A stretch of DNA of 64,000 nt from Sedimentisphaerales bacterium (GCA_963666285.1 OY762711.1), one strand, 5' to 3'. Numbered from the stretch's first letter, positions 18,124 to 28,871 are shown. Translations and numbers: made by a program. Notes: generated by a model not told the origin, from the sequence alone.

Positions 18124-20193
18124 ATGATAGATATGAAAAATGCATATAACGTTACACAACCGGACCTGGAACTCAGCCCTTTCACCGGCATGACCAGGAC
18201 ACACTATATTGACTGTGCTAAATACGTACTCGAACGAGCCTTCACCAAACACGTAAAATCATTTGAAGATCCGATTGTTTTCCCTACGCTGCCCGGCAGT
18301 AAAACATACCCGCTGCCAGGCGCCCCGGCATGGCGGCATCGCTCACACGAATGGGAAGCGTTTGAACGAACCTTCACTCTTGCCGGACCGCTTATACACG
18401 TTGACCCTGATATCAGCATCAACGGCATTAAACTCGATGATTACTACAAGCATCATCTCTATCAGGCCCTTACCCCCGGCAATCCCACCAGCCTGCCACT
18501 GCCGGAAGAGCTACCCGACGCAACCTACCAGTTCACCTGCGAATTCGGCGGACTGGCCAAAACGCTACTGCTCCTGCCCGACGTACTATGGCCGTCTTTC
18601 ACCCGACAGCAGAAAGACGAAATGGCTGTCACACTATCGAAATGGGCTCACCATCGAACAACCCAGAACAACTGGCGGATCTTCAATATCTGCGTACTGT
18701 CGTTCCTTAAGCTTAACGGCTATACCATCGACGAAGATCTCCTCAAAAGTCATCTCCTGTGGGTCGCCTCCTACCACGCAGGTGATGGCTGGTATCTCGA
18801 ACAGACTTACAACTACTACACCATCAGCCTATTTGTCGTTTACGGGGCTATCTGGTGCAGGGCTTTCGGCGATCAATACTACCCGGAAATTGTCGAAGTA
18901 CTCGAAAACAGCTTTCAGCAACTCATGAAAACATACACCAATTTCTTTGCCAGGGACGGATATATCAATATGTGGGCCCGAAGTATTTGCTATCGACTCT
19001 GGATCGCCGGCGGATTCCCCGTGTCGTTCATGCTTAAAAATAAGGCTCCGCTCGATCCGGGTTTTGCCCGCCGACTTTGCTCCGGAGCCATACTGCAGTT
19101 CACCGGCCGGGAACAGTTCTACCACAACGACATACCCAGCCTGGGCTTCTACGGCTACCGTGAATATGCCCTGCAAAGCTACAGCTGCCCCGCCAGCCCG
19201 TTTATTATGTTCCTGCCGTTTATCAGCCTGGCCCTACCCAAAGATTCGCCTTTCTGGACCGCTGCTGAAAACGAAGGCTACTGGCCCGAACTCGGCAATA
19301 AATCCCAAAGATCGGTTCTAACCAAACCCGGCCTGGTACTGGTCAATCACGGCAGCACCGGCACCTCTGAGATCATCTCCGGCAAGGTTTACGACGATGA
19401 CCACAACTATTCAAAACTAGTTTTCAATACCCATTTCCCATGGGAAGACCACAACCCGGACGGCGGCACATCACAGGAATACAGCTTCCGCAGCCTCGAC
19501 CCGCGCGACCTGGAAGGCGTCGATATTAACTTCTACCTTACCGGCAAAACCGTTGACAACGAAGCCTCCAAAAAGGCTGAGTTTACCACCTCGCAAAGCA
19601 TCCTGTTCAACGGCGTCCGCGACAACGTCCTGTACCGCCAGCTGATTATGCGCAAACCGCCCTTTAACGGCGTTGGCTACATTATCGACCTGGCTGAAAT
19701 AACCATCCCCGGCGGCGTTATACGCGTCGACCGCTGCCGACTCGCATTTGAACATGAAATGACTCTCGGACATTTCGCTCTGCCGCATTTCGACGGCCAA
19801 CCCGCCGAAATTGAGCAGATAAACGACCAGCACAAAACAGCACTCATCGCCTCCATCCCCGGCAGAAAAGTCGCTCTTATCGCTTATAACGGCTGGGACC
19901 GGCTCGAAACCCTTCAGCAGTCCGGCCGCAACGCTGAAGCCGACGAAAGTACCGTACTCTACGCTTATCGTAAACGAACCGAGCAAAACCCCGCTATGGA
20001 ACTCATGATCACCGCCATGCTGCACAAAACCGATGATATTCCCTGGACCGGCGACGAACTCAACATTGTCAAAAATATCAAAATCATGGACATTACCCCT
20101 ACCGGCTCGGTACTCGGTGCCATAATAACCCTCTCTGACGACACGACATATTCAGTAGACTTCAAAGACATCGACGGCTATAAATCATGCTGA
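18124..20193 (+). CDS. DUF2264 domain protein (GH154-like)
   Basis: LSPFTGMTR, QNNWRIF, GDGWY and WARSICYR motifs typical of DUF2264; no signal peptide. Confidence 0.75.
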   Translation: MIDMKNAYNVTQPDLELSPFTGMTRTHYIDCAKYVLERAFTKHVKSFEDPIVFPTLPGSKTYPLPGAPAWRHRSHEWEAFERTFTLAGPLIHVDPDISINGIKLDDYYKHHLYQALTPGNPTSLPLPEELPDATYQFTCEFGGLAKTLLLLPDVLWPSFTRQQKDEMAVTLSKWAHHRTTQNNWRIFNICVLSFLKLNGYTIDEDLLKSHLLWVASYHAGDGWYLEQTYNYYTISLFVVYGAIWCRAFGDQYYPEIVEVLENSFQQLMKTYTNFFARDGYINMWARSICYRLWIAGGFPVSFMLKNKAPLDPGFARRLCSGAILQFTGREQFYHNDIPSLGFYGYREYALQSYSCPASPFIMFLPFISLALPKDSPFWTAAENEGYWPELGNKSQRSVLTKPGLVLVNHGSTGTSEIISGKVYDDDHNYSKLVFNTHFPWEDHNPDGGTSQEYSFRSLDPRDLEGVDINFYLTGKTVDNEASKKAEFTTSQSILFNGVRDNVLYRQLIMRKPPFNGVGYIIDLAEITIPGGVIRVDRCRLAFEHEMTLGHFALPHFDGQPAEIEQINDQHKTALIASIPGRKVALIAYNGWDRLETLQQSGRNAEADESTVLYAYRKRTEQNPAMELMITAMLHKTDDIPWTGDELNIVKNIKIMDITPTGSVLGAIITLSDDTTYSVDFKDIDGYKSC

Positions 20194-20217
20194 AATTACA
20201 GATCAAATCAGCTGCTG

Positions 20218-20556
20218 CTAAAACTTCTTCATTATCGTTATCGCCAGATAATAGCATCCGATCATTATCCCGGTAGCCACCGTCATCGACAGAAAAAAGT
20301 TTACTCCGCGACTAAGCAAATACGGCAAAGCCAGGAAAAACACCAGCGACGGTATCACCAGCCAGAATATGTCTTTGGATAACGCTATGATCGGAGTAAC
20401 ATCTTTGTTCTCGCCATACATCCACAATATCGCCAAAAATGAGGTCAAAGGTATAGAGGCCAGTATCCCTCCCATCAGCGAGCTCCTCTTGCCAAATTCC
20501 GATATCAACACAATCAAAACTGCCGATACAACTAACTTAATAATGTAATATATCAT
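20218..20556 (-). CDS. Small membrane protein (DUF3147-like)
   Basis: IIKLVVSAVLIVLISE..KRS..MGGILASIPLTS; several hydrophobic helices. Confidence 0.75.
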   Translation of the reverse strand: MIYYIIKLVVSAVLIVLISEFGKRSSLMGGILASIPLTSFLAILWMYGENKDVTPIIALSKDIFWLVIPSLVFFLALPYLLSRGVNFFLSMTVATGIMIGCYYLAITIMKKF

Positions 20557-20642
20557 TCGCTATGCTTCCATAATGGTAATCCAAAATGCTCAGAATAATG
20601 AAAATATACTATATCATAAAGCTAAATCGAACTCAATAACTC

Positions 20643-20806
20643 AAAACTACTTCTGGAAATTGCTTTTATTGCGAAAGTGAAGTGTTTTGTTTGCTGGCAA
20701 GAAAGATAAAATCGTGCATATTGGCTATATTCGCGGTTTTATCTGACGCAGACCGGCAAGCAAAAGATCCATCTTTCGCTAAAAATGATTTTTTAGAGCT
20801 GCCCTA
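20643..20806 (+). repeat. Dispersed palindromic element, copy 2
   Basis: Same orientation and conserved blocks as copy 1; right end TTTTTTAGAGCTGCCCTA. Confidence 0.8.
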
Positions 20807-20848
20807 AATACATTACAAGGATATAAATATAGAACAAAAGTTAAATAA

Positions 20849-21700
20849 TTATCTTTTAATATCAGCCTTCAGTTTTTCTGCATCAATAAAATCATCTAAT
20901 GATTTTTGGCGATATTCTTCATTTAACTGTTCTGCCAGATGTTTTTTTACCTGTTCAAATGGAACTGTTTGTTCTGGAGATTTATCTATTACACGCGCGA
21001 TATGCCATCCAAATTCAGTTTCAAATGGTTCACTGGTTGCTCCCGGTTCTAATGCAAAAACAATATCTTCAAAAGCCTGAACCATATGCCCGCGAGGAAA
21101 CCAGCCCAGGTCCCCGGCATTATCCGGACAGGATGAATACTGTGATGCTATAGCTTCAAATGAGACACCTTCCTGAATTTGCTGGTAAAATTCAAATATT
21201 TTCTTTTGTAACTTATCTCTATCATTGCCGGAGCCGGGGTGAAGTACAATATGGGCGGCATGAACTAATTCCGGCTGGATAAACTGCTCTGGATTCTGTT
21301 CATAATATTCTCTGAGATATGATTCGGTCGGCTTTATTGAATTTTCCAGGATTTGATTATGCAAACGTTGAATTTTTAGACTATCGCATATTTGTTCGCG
21401 AAGTGTTGATTCCGCAACACCGGCCTTTTCCAGAAATTGCTCCTTGCTTTCAGATTGACTACTCATTTCCTGGAATATTTCGTCAATACTTGCCTGATCT
21501 ACTGGTAATTCATCAGCTAAGGCAACCTGCCGAAACAATACCTGCTCGATAAGATTTTCACATGCCCACTCATATAGCTGAAATTGCTTCTGTTCTCCAG
21601 TTAAATCTGAATCGAGCCTGTCATAATGAGGTTTCACCCTTTGGATTTCACGTTGAATATCGCTGTCAGATATTTCTTCACCGTTCACAAAAATTGCCAT
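20849..21700 (-). CDS. PpiC/parvulin-type peptidyl-prolyl isomerase (SurA/PrsA-like)
   Basis: HAAHIV, FEAIASQYS, GDLGWF, AFE and ETEFGWHI. Likely start ATG 21700 (MAIFVNG) after GGAG; the ORF-track start overlaps the upstream gene. Confidence 0.88.
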   Translation of the reverse strand: MAIFVNGEEISDSDIQREIQRVKPHYDRLDSDLTGEQKQFQLYEWACENLIEQVLFRQVALADELPVDQASIDEIFQEMSSQSESKEQFLEKAGVAESTLREQICDSLKIQRLHNQILENSIKPTESYLREYYEQNPEQFIQPELVHAAHIVLHPGSGNDRDKLQKKIFEFYQQIQEGVSFEAIASQYSSCPDNAGDLGWFPRGHMVQAFEDIVFALEPGATSEPFETEFGWHIARVIDKSPEQTVPFEQVKKHLAEQLNEEYRQKSLDDFIDAEKLKADIKR

Positions 21701-21743
21701 TATTTCTCCATACTTGTAGGGACTTCTTCTAACAACAGGCGGA

Positions 21744-22721
21744 TTAAATACCTCGATATTCCTCTTCAAGAACCATTGTCGGCAGTAAATAAAACTCACC
21801 CTTAAACTCGTCGATTCTTCCTGAAATCTTATATTTTACCGAACGGTTATTCGCCCGAATAGCTGACTCCATTAATTCCAGATACTGACAAGGTTGGATT
21901 ATCAGCGGCTTCTGACCGGTATTTCCATCACCACTTTCAAACATGAAATAGATTCGCCCCTCTGACTGATTGGGGACCAAACGGCCAACTCGATTGGTTA
22001 TTGTTGTATCATTCTCAAACTCATCAATTGCTCCCTGAGTGTCATTAATTGTCACGGAATCTTCATCAATGCTTTTCATCTTAAAGGGAAAAGGCATAAC
22101 GTTGACCCTGGGAACCTTCATTAGTTTATCTCTAACATACTGGGGAACAATACCCACATCTTCAGGATTTTGTTTATTGTCATTTTCCGGTTGGGTATAA
22201 TAAAATGGTGATGTCTGAGAATCTTTTTGCTTTGCAATCGCAGCTTCACTAAAAAGAGATTCAGTAGCAACCATAGTCAGCATAATAAAATTCCGCTTCT
22301 GGTATGAGGTAGCTTCACCCCATATGCGAAATACAATTCCATAGTCTGACTTATTATTTACTACTCGCAGCATAGTCTCCAGCCAACGGGAAGGTAACAC
22401 TTCAATAACTGAAACTTCAGGATTCTGCCTTACAACATCTAAATCTGCCTTCCCGTCTGAATTCGCCTGAATTTCGGTAATTGCCTTCTGTGTGTCTTTT
22501 GTAAACACCAGAAACCACTTGTCACCATCAGGATGTTCTATTAAACGAGCCTGCCTTCCAGAGAAGTAAAATCCTTCATTATATAGTTTATCAGTAATTG
22601 TCTTTTCTTTTACTGCACTAATTTGAGATTTCGACTCTTCTTCCGCGGCAAAACAATTTGAACTGTAAATACAAAACAGTGCAAATATTAAACATGCTAA
22701 AAAAAGTGATATCGGTTTCAT
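21744..22721 (-). CDS. Hypothetical exported protein
   Basis: 325 aa with signal peptide; internal similarity (VLPSRWLETM / IQPCQYLELM); overlaps the LOG stop codon. Confidence 0.7.
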   Translation of the reverse strand: MKPISLFLACLIFALFCIYSSNCFAAEEESKSQISAVKEKTITDKLYNEGFYFSGRQARLIEHPDGDKWFLVFTKDTQKAITEIQANSDGKADLDVVRQNPEVSVIEVLPSRWLETMLRVVNNKSDYGIVFRIWGEATSYQKRNFIMLTMVATESLFSEAAIAKQKDSQTSPFYYTQPENDNKQNPEDVGIVPQYVRDKLMKVPRVNVMPFPFKMKSIDEDSVTINDTQGAIDEFENDTTITNRVGRLVPNQSEGRIYFMFESGDGNTGQKPLIIQPCQYLELMESAIRANNRSVKYKISGRIDEFKGEFYLLPTMVLEEEYRGI

Positions 22722-23248
22722 ATTAAATATTTCGATTCCAGCAAATCAATTGCTTCTTCTACGTTATCAACACAATCTATATATCCTGATGATTTGTCAT
22801 CATGATTAATTACCTCACATATGACATTTTTCCAGGATTGACCTACTAAAACAAATGGCCTGGACTTAATGAACTTTTTATTCATCATTTCCCAGACCAT
22901 TGATATTTCCAATAAAGTGCCAGTTCCACCAGGCAATGCAACAAAACAATCTCCAAGCTCAATCAGTTTCATTAACCGATCATTAAGATTATCAGTACGG
23001 ATTTCTCTAGTCAACCACTTATTAGGACCACTCCTGTCAAACGCTGTGCATGTCACTCCAATTATCTCAACTGGAAATGAAGATGCTCCATATGACACCG
23101 CTGCCATGGTTCCTCCATAGCCACCATTGCTGACATTATATCCTTTTTCCGCTAAAATATGACCCAACTTATAAGCTTGCTCATATTCGGCTTCTACAGG
23201 CAATGGTTTTGATGATCCAAAAACAGTTATTGTTTTAGAGATAGCCAT
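22718..23248 (-). CDS. LOG family protein
   Basis: VFGSS, GGYGGTM and PGGTGTLLE motifs. Confidence 0.88.
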   Translation of the reverse strand: MAISKTITVFGSSKPLPVEAEYEQAYKLGHILAEKGYNVSNGGYGGTMAAVSYGASSFPVEIIGVTCTAFDRSGPNKWLTREIRTDNLNDRLMKLIELGDCFVALPGGTGTLLEISMVWEMMNKKFIKSRPFVLVGQSWKNVICEVINHDDKSSGYIDCVDNVEEAIDLLESKYLI

Positions 23249-23273
23249 CTTAATGCTATATCCGGATTAATTA

Positions 23274-23870
23274 TTATTCGGCCTGAACAGACTGTGCCGG
23301 CATAGAAGATTCATTTGCATTTTCAGAGTTATTCACAGGCTTACTTGGCTTTTCGGCTTTCGCAACAGGACCAAGTACCATGTTCATTCTCCTGCCGGCT
23401 CGTTTCGGCAGTGAATCCACCTTACTGCAATCTGAGAGTTCCTTAACAATAAGGTCGAACATTTCATTTGCCATGCCAAGATGCATCATCTCACGACCCT
23501 TAAACATCATGGTAAATTGAACCTTATTACCTTTTTCAAGGAACTTTCTGGCATTATTAATCTTAGTATCCCTGTCATGCTGGTCAATTTTGGGCCTTAA
23601 CCTGACCTCTTTCAGAACAACATTATGCTGTTTGACCTTAGCTTTATGCTCTTTCTTTTTCTGGTCGTATTTCCATTTACCGTAATCCATCAGTCTGCAA
23701 ACCGGCGGTTTACTTGTCGCTGAAACCTCTACCAGATCAAGCTCTGCTTCGCGGGCCATGCCCAATGCTTCTACTGTTCTGATGATACCTACCTGATTAT
23801 TATCCTGGTCAATCAACCTGACCTCAGGCACTCTAATACGTTCGTTGATTCTTAAATCTTTGGAAGCTAT
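23274..23870 (-). CDS. infC: Translation initiation factor IF-3, non-canonical AUA start
   Basis: LDLVEVS..SKPPVCRLMDYGK, KEVRLRPKID.HD and FKGRE. In-frame ATA at 23870, 8 nt after AAGGAG, restores the conserved LRINERIR. Confidence 0.95.
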   Translation of the reverse strand: MASKDLRINERIRVPEVRLIDQDNNQVGIIRTVEALGMAREAELDLVEVSATSKPPVCRLMDYGKWKYDQKKKEHKAKVKQHNVVLKEVRLRPKIDQHDRDTKINNARKFLEKGNKVQFTMMFKGREMMHLGMANEMFDLIVKELSDCSKVDSLPKRAGRRMNMVLGPVAKAEKPSKPVNNSENANESSMPAQSVQAE

Positions 23871-23935
23871 CGCTGTATCTCCTTGTTAATCAATAACTTA
23901 ACCGAATGACTCACACTGAGCCCTTTTTACGGTAT

Positions 23936-25879
23936 TTATAATACTGTTGATTCTAGCGAGCGACTGGCAATTTCACAAGTGATTTTTTCGATAAAGTCTT
24001 GTAGTGCAATCGCTTGCTGATCTTCACGCCCTCGGACGCGAACAGTTACTTTATTATTTTCGGCTTCATTTGGCCCCATGATTAGCATATAAGGAATTCT
24101 TTCATTATAAGCTTTCTTGATCTTGGCATTAATCTTATCATCTGCCAAGTCTAATGTTGCCCTGACACCGGCATCCTTCAGTTGTTTACAGACTATTTGG
24201 GCATAATCATTGGTCTTTTCACTTATAGGCATAACCCGAATCTGTTCCGGTGACAGCCAGGTAGGAAATGAACCGGCGAAATGCTCGACAATAATACCGA
24301 AAAACCTGTCTAATGAACCGTAAAGTGCTCGATGCAGCATTACCGGACGTTGTTCTGTATTATTATTATCTGTATAAGTCAGGTCAAAACGCTCTGGCAA
24401 GGCAAAATCACATTGAATTGTACCTATCTGCCAGCTTCTGCCCAGACAGTCACGAACATGAAAATCGATTTTAGGCCCATAAAACGCCCCATCTCCGGGA
24501 TTTAGCTGGTAATCCAGACCTTTCTCTTCTAGAGCATTTTTTAGAGCTTCTGTTGCCATTTCCCAGATATCATCACCGCCAATAGATTTGGCCGGTCGTG
24601 TAGATAACTCCAGCTTGATATCTGTCAGCCCAAAAGCATTATATATCCGGAATGCCAGATCAATTACTTTCTTTACCTCATCTGTAACCTGACCTGGTGT
24701 GCTGTAAATATGGGCATCATCCTGGGTAAAACGTCTAACGCGGAACAATCCATGTAAAACTCCGCTGGCTTCATGACGATGAACAGTTCCCAGCTCGGCA
24801 CAACGAATTGGAAGCTCGCGATAAGAGTGATGACGAGATTTATATACCAGACATCCGCCAGGACAGTTCATTGGCTTTATAGCGTACCTGTCATCATCTA
24901 TGTCAACAAAATACATGTTTTCCTTATAATTATCCCAGTGACCGGATTGATGCCAAAGCTTCTCGTTTAGCATAGTAGGTGTACTGATCTCACAATAATC
25001 ATCCTTGGCGTGTTCTTCACGCCAGAACTTCAGCATTTCGTTCCAGATTACCATACCCTTCGGATGATAAAACGCAAAGCCTGGACCTTCTTCATGGAAA
25101 CTAAACAGATCAAACTGCTTACCAATAGTTCTATGGTCACGTTTTTTCGCTTCTTCAAGCAAATGTAAATACTGCTTAAGCTCTTTTTTATCAGCAAAGG
25201 CGGTACCATATACCCGCTGGAGCATCTTCTCGCTGGCATCACCTCTGAAATACGCACCGGCAATACTCATAATCTTATATGCACCTATCTGTCCGGTACG
25301 TGCTATATGCGGGCCGCGGCATAGATCTTCAAAACTACTCTGTTCCCTGCTGCCGGTAACGTAAAAACTTATTACATCGCCTTTCGCCGCTTTGGCGTTT
25401 TCTATCTTGTATCGATTACCCTCATTTTCGAGATATGGCATCGCATCATCGCGTGACATTTCATATCGCGTAAAAGGACGATCTTCCTTAATTATAGATT
25501 TCATTTCAGATTCTATCTTACTGAAATCATCAGGAGTAATTGGCGTATCTAAATCAATATCATAATAAAAGCCATTTTCAACTGTTGGGCCGTAAACCAG
25601 CTTAGCCTCAGGAAACAGCTTACAAATTGCTTCCGCCATCACATGTGCACAACTGTGCCTGATAAGCTCTAAGGCCATTTCAGGATCACTCTTGGCTGTT
25701 ATAAGCTCAAGACTAAAATCACAATCCATTTGTCTGGTTACATCTGTTAGTTCACCATCTATCTTAGCAGCCAAAGAAGCCTTCGCTAAACCTGGACTAA
25801 TATCAGACGCTACATCAAATGCTGATACAGGGTTTTCATATTCTCTTACAGTTTTATCCGGTAATGTTACTCTTATCAT
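23936..25879 (-). CDS. thrS: Threonyl-tRNA synthetase
   Basis: TGS domain, RHSCAH, DLCRGPH, LQRVYGT, RDHR, KPMNCP and GAFYGPKID. Confidence 0.98.
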   Translation of the reverse strand: MIRVTLPDKTVREYENPVSAFDVASDISPGLAKASLAAKIDGELTDVTRQMDCDFSLELITAKSDPEMALELIRHSCAHVMAEAICKLFPEAKLVYGPTVENGFYYDIDLDTPITPDDFSKIESEMKSIIKEDRPFTRYEMSRDDAMPYLENEGNRYKIENAKAAKGDVISFYVTGSREQSSFEDLCRGPHIARTGQIGAYKIMSIAGAYFRGDASEKMLQRVYGTAFADKKELKQYLHLLEEAKKRDHRTIGKQFDLFSFHEEGPGFAFYHPKGMVIWNEMLKFWREEHAKDDYCEISTPTMLNEKLWHQSGHWDNYKENMYFVDIDDDRYAIKPMNCPGGCLVYKSRHHSYRELPIRCAELGTVHRHEASGVLHGLFRVRRFTQDDAHIYSTPGQVTDEVKKVIDLAFRIYNAFGLTDIKLELSTRPAKSIGGDDIWEMATEALKNALEEKGLDYQLNPGDGAFYGPKIDFHVRDCLGRSWQIGTIQCDFALPERFDLTYTDNNNTEQRPVMLHRALYGSLDRFFGIIVEHFAGSFPTWLSPEQIRVMPISEKTNDYAQIVCKQLKDAGVRATLDLADDKINAKIKKAYNERIPYMLIMGPNEAENNKVTVRVRGREDQQAIALQDFIEKITCEIASRSLESTVL

Positions 25880-25930
25880 GTCTAATTCTATTATTCCCTT
25901 TTATAGATAGGATTATTATCTATATCATTA

Positions 25931-26404
25931 TTATTCTTGTGTGATTATTTTATATACTTCTTCCGCAGTCCAGTCTTTACCTGTATCCGGGTTAATATCG
26001 TTCCATAGTTTATCACGCACGCCCGCAGTTGTTATTATTCTGGAAATACCGGCTAGAGCCTGAATATGCTCTCCGGTCTTGGCTGTCGGGCTTATCAAAA
26101 GAGCTATCAGCTTCACCGGCTCTTTATCAATGCTGTCAAAATTAACCGGCTCGGCACACCTGCCAAAAGCAAGGACTATTTCATCAACCAGCATTGTCTT
26201 GCAATGCGGAATAGCAAATCCCTTACCAACACCAGTGCTTCGAATATTTTCCCTTTCCATTATTGCATTAAATACGCCGTCACGACTGGAAACTAAACCG
26301 TTGTCACAAACCAGGTCTACCAGTTCCGCTATGACAGATTTTTTATCTGTACCAACCAGTGGCGTCTTAATGCTCTTTATATCAATAACTTGTGATAATA
26401 TCAT
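25931..26404 (-). CDS. PTS EIIA (fructose/nitrogen-type) domain protein
   Basis: RE..RSTGVGKGFAIPHC with the phospho-His; FDSID. Confidence 0.88.
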   Translation of the reverse strand: MILSQVIDIKSIKTPLVGTDKKSVIAELVDLVCDNGLVSSRDGVFNAIMERENIRSTGVGKGFAIPHCKTMLVDEIVLAFGRCAEPVNFDSIDKEPVKLIALLISPTAKTGEHIQALAGISRIITTAGVRDKLWNDINPDTGKDWTAEEVYKIITQE

Positions 26405-26576
26405 AATTTTCTTCTATCAATAAATTCATTTTCTTTTTTACTTATATATATAATTTTTCTATTTTAATGATTCTAGCTATTATATATAGCATAGCAACAT
26501 AAATTTATATATTTTTTTTGATTAAATTATTATAGTAGAAGAACTTAATCACATATAGACCTGCTTAAAGCAACAG

Positions 26577-27296
26577 TCAGCTAACTCCCTGAATCTGGCT
26601 TCTTAATTTAAGCGATTTTGCTATTTTAATTGTCCGGGCAAGCAATACGGCTATCCTTAGATTTGATTGCACCCTTTCAGACCACACAATAACCTTACTC
26701 CCTTGAATCTCAATACTTACATGCTTTAACATGGACAATCTTTCCAACACCTTATCGTCAAATATTTTATCCAGCAAATGAAGCTGCTCTGAATATATGT
26801 GATATTTACAAAAATGGGATAAAACCGATTTCTTTTGAATTTTACCGGCATATGCTTTTATAAAGTCCAATCTATGAAATGATGAATATTCTCCAATAGG
26901 AGAAATATGGTGTTCTGGCAATATTAATATATGCGGCAATCGTAAACCGGTCTCAGCTACAAAAACTGTCTTATATTCATATTTCCTGCGAACCTTACTT
27001 CCTAATTCGTATTCATAATCAAAAACGACAACTGGAATATCTTTGTACTTGCCAACAATACTTGCCGAGACTTTTCTTGAATGCCCAAAAGCTCCATGAT
27101 AGATGCCGGTAATAACAGACTGAAGTCCGACATAATCTTTCCTGGAAAATCGCATATTCCAGCGCAATGCTAACGCCCCAAATAATAAATCCCTTTTATT
27201 GGCAGTTACTAGTCTGCACAATACAGGTGCAGTAACTATTACAAATAAGGATGTTATACTTACTATAGAGACATAAGTTGATGCTGATCCCAACAT
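26577..27296 (-). CDS. Hypothetical membrane-anchored protein
   Basis: 239 aa with an N-terminal transmembrane segment; co-directional with neighbours. Confidence 0.65.
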   Translation of the reverse strand: MLGSASTYVSIVSITSLFVIVTAPVLCRLVTANKRDLLFGALALRWNMRFSRKDYVGLQSVITGIYHGAFGHSRKVSASIVGKYKDIPVVVFDYEYELGSKVRRKYEYKTVFVAETGLRLPHILILPEHHISPIGEYSSFHRLDFIKAYAGKIQKKSVLSHFCKYHIYSEQLHLLDKIFDDKVLERLSMLKHVSIEIQGSKVIVWSERVQSNLRIAVLLARTIKIAKSLKLRSQIQGVS

Positions 27297-27314
27297 AAAG
27301 CTATACCATTTTGT

Positions 27315-28400
27315 TTAATTGTCGTCATAATCATCGAGCCAGTATGCATTAGGATTTGACTTGAATACTAAAAATGAGGCCGAATTGCCATCCTGTGCTG
27401 CTCGATGATACTTAAAATAAACATGCCCATCATTAACACCAACAATTTCTATTTTGCCGGTTCTGTGTGACATTACATATCTCGCACGCTTAGCCAGACC
27501 GGAAACATAAGATCTGGCTTTCTCAAAAATATCATAACCCTTTTCCAGTGGTACCGCATAATCTTTATTACCCATCGCGGGACGACACTGAAATACATAA
27601 TAAGGTGGAACCCCTATATCTGCTAGAACAGTAAACAGTTCAGCAAGTACTTCTGAATTATCATTTATACCACGAATTATCGGATTCTGGTTTGTCAAAA
27701 CAACATTTGCATTCATCATGCTCTTTACTGCTTTTATCGCTAGATCTGTTAACTCATTCGGGTGACTAAAATGGTTCATTAAATATATCTGCTGATGAGT
27801 ATTCTCATTATGATTTTTTAATATACTTAACAGATTGGTGTCATCTACTACTCTTTGAGGATTGAATGCAAGCATTTTCGACCCAAACCTCAGTATTTTA
27901 ACATGTTTCACTGCTTGTAATTTGTCGAGAATAATTTCCAAGCGGGAATTGCTCAACATAAAAGGATCACCACCAGTTAACAAAATATTATTAATCTCTT
28001 TATGCTGCTGAATATATTCAATCGCTGAATCTATATTCTGAATAATTTCATCTTCTATAAACACCCGTTTTCGAAAACAATATCGACAAATCCCTCCACA
28101 CAAATTACTTATCAGCATTAAGGCAGTCGATGAATATTTATGTTCCAAACCTGGCAGAATTGTATACTTCGCCTCATCTGATGGGTCAGCGGTACCCCAT
28201 TCTTCCAATTCAGAAAGGTCCGGTATTATCAACCGGCGGATTGGATCATTTGCATTACTCCAATCTATTAAAGAAAGATAGTATTTACTTGCCTGAAAAC
28301 GATATCTATTGGAAACCTGATCTATTTCCTGCATAACATCTTGTGGGATTTCAAACTTTTTCGATAGAGATTCCTTACAATATATCATAGACTCTTTCAT
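27315..28400 (-). CDS. KamA-family radical SAM aminomutase-like protein
   Basis: GLEHKY, CGGICRYCFRKR (CxxxCxxC), LLTGGDP, NHFSHPNE, PYYVFQ and GKIEI. Confidence 0.9.
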   Translation of the reverse strand: MKESMIYCKESLSKKFEIPQDVMQEIDQVSNRYRFQASKYYLSLIDWSNANDPIRRLIIPDLSELEEWGTADPSDEAKYTILPGLEHKYSSTALMLISNLCGGICRYCFRKRVFIEDEIIQNIDSAIEYIQQHKEINNILLTGGDPFMLSNSRLEIILDKLQAVKHVKILRFGSKMLAFNPQRVVDDTNLLSILKNHNENTHQQIYLMNHFSHPNELTDLAIKAVKSMMNANVVLTNQNPIIRGINDNSEVLAELFTVLADIGVPPYYVFQCRPAMGNKDYAVPLEKGYDIFEKARSYVSGLAKRARYVMSHRTGKIEIVGVNDGHVYFKYHRAAQDGNSASFLVFKSNPNAYWLDDYDDN

Positions 28401-28871
28401 TAGAATACCTTAACTCCCTATTTTCAAAACGCTTATGTGTTCGGTAATGAAATTAATTGTGTACTTATATATTATTGCTTGCGTTTTCTTATCTGGTTTA
28501 AAATCTCAACATTACCGTAGCAAGGCTATTATAAGGCAAAAGTACAATTAATTCAAATTCTAATTTAACTTCTTATTCCACAGAACATTACGATCTATTC
28601 CATGACACATTCACCTCAAAACGGCTATCTCTGACTGCCTATTGTAATCATTCCACTGCTTGCAGCGTTACCAACTATTATCCAACCTACAAACCACATA
28701 CTCAAACCTTTAATATACAATTACTTATAAAATTAACAGATATTAACTCGTACCCAATATATTCCTCAAATCATTTCTTAAACCTTAATAAATACTAAAG
28801 TCGTCATGAAATAATATCGAAAAATAATCTGGATAACCAAACTATAACTCTTTAACCAGTTAGGTATTGCA

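Noticed and set aside
27315..28400. EF-P modification enzyme EpmB
   Set aside because: No efp or epmA adjacent, and the visible motifs do not distinguish it from general KamA-family proteins.
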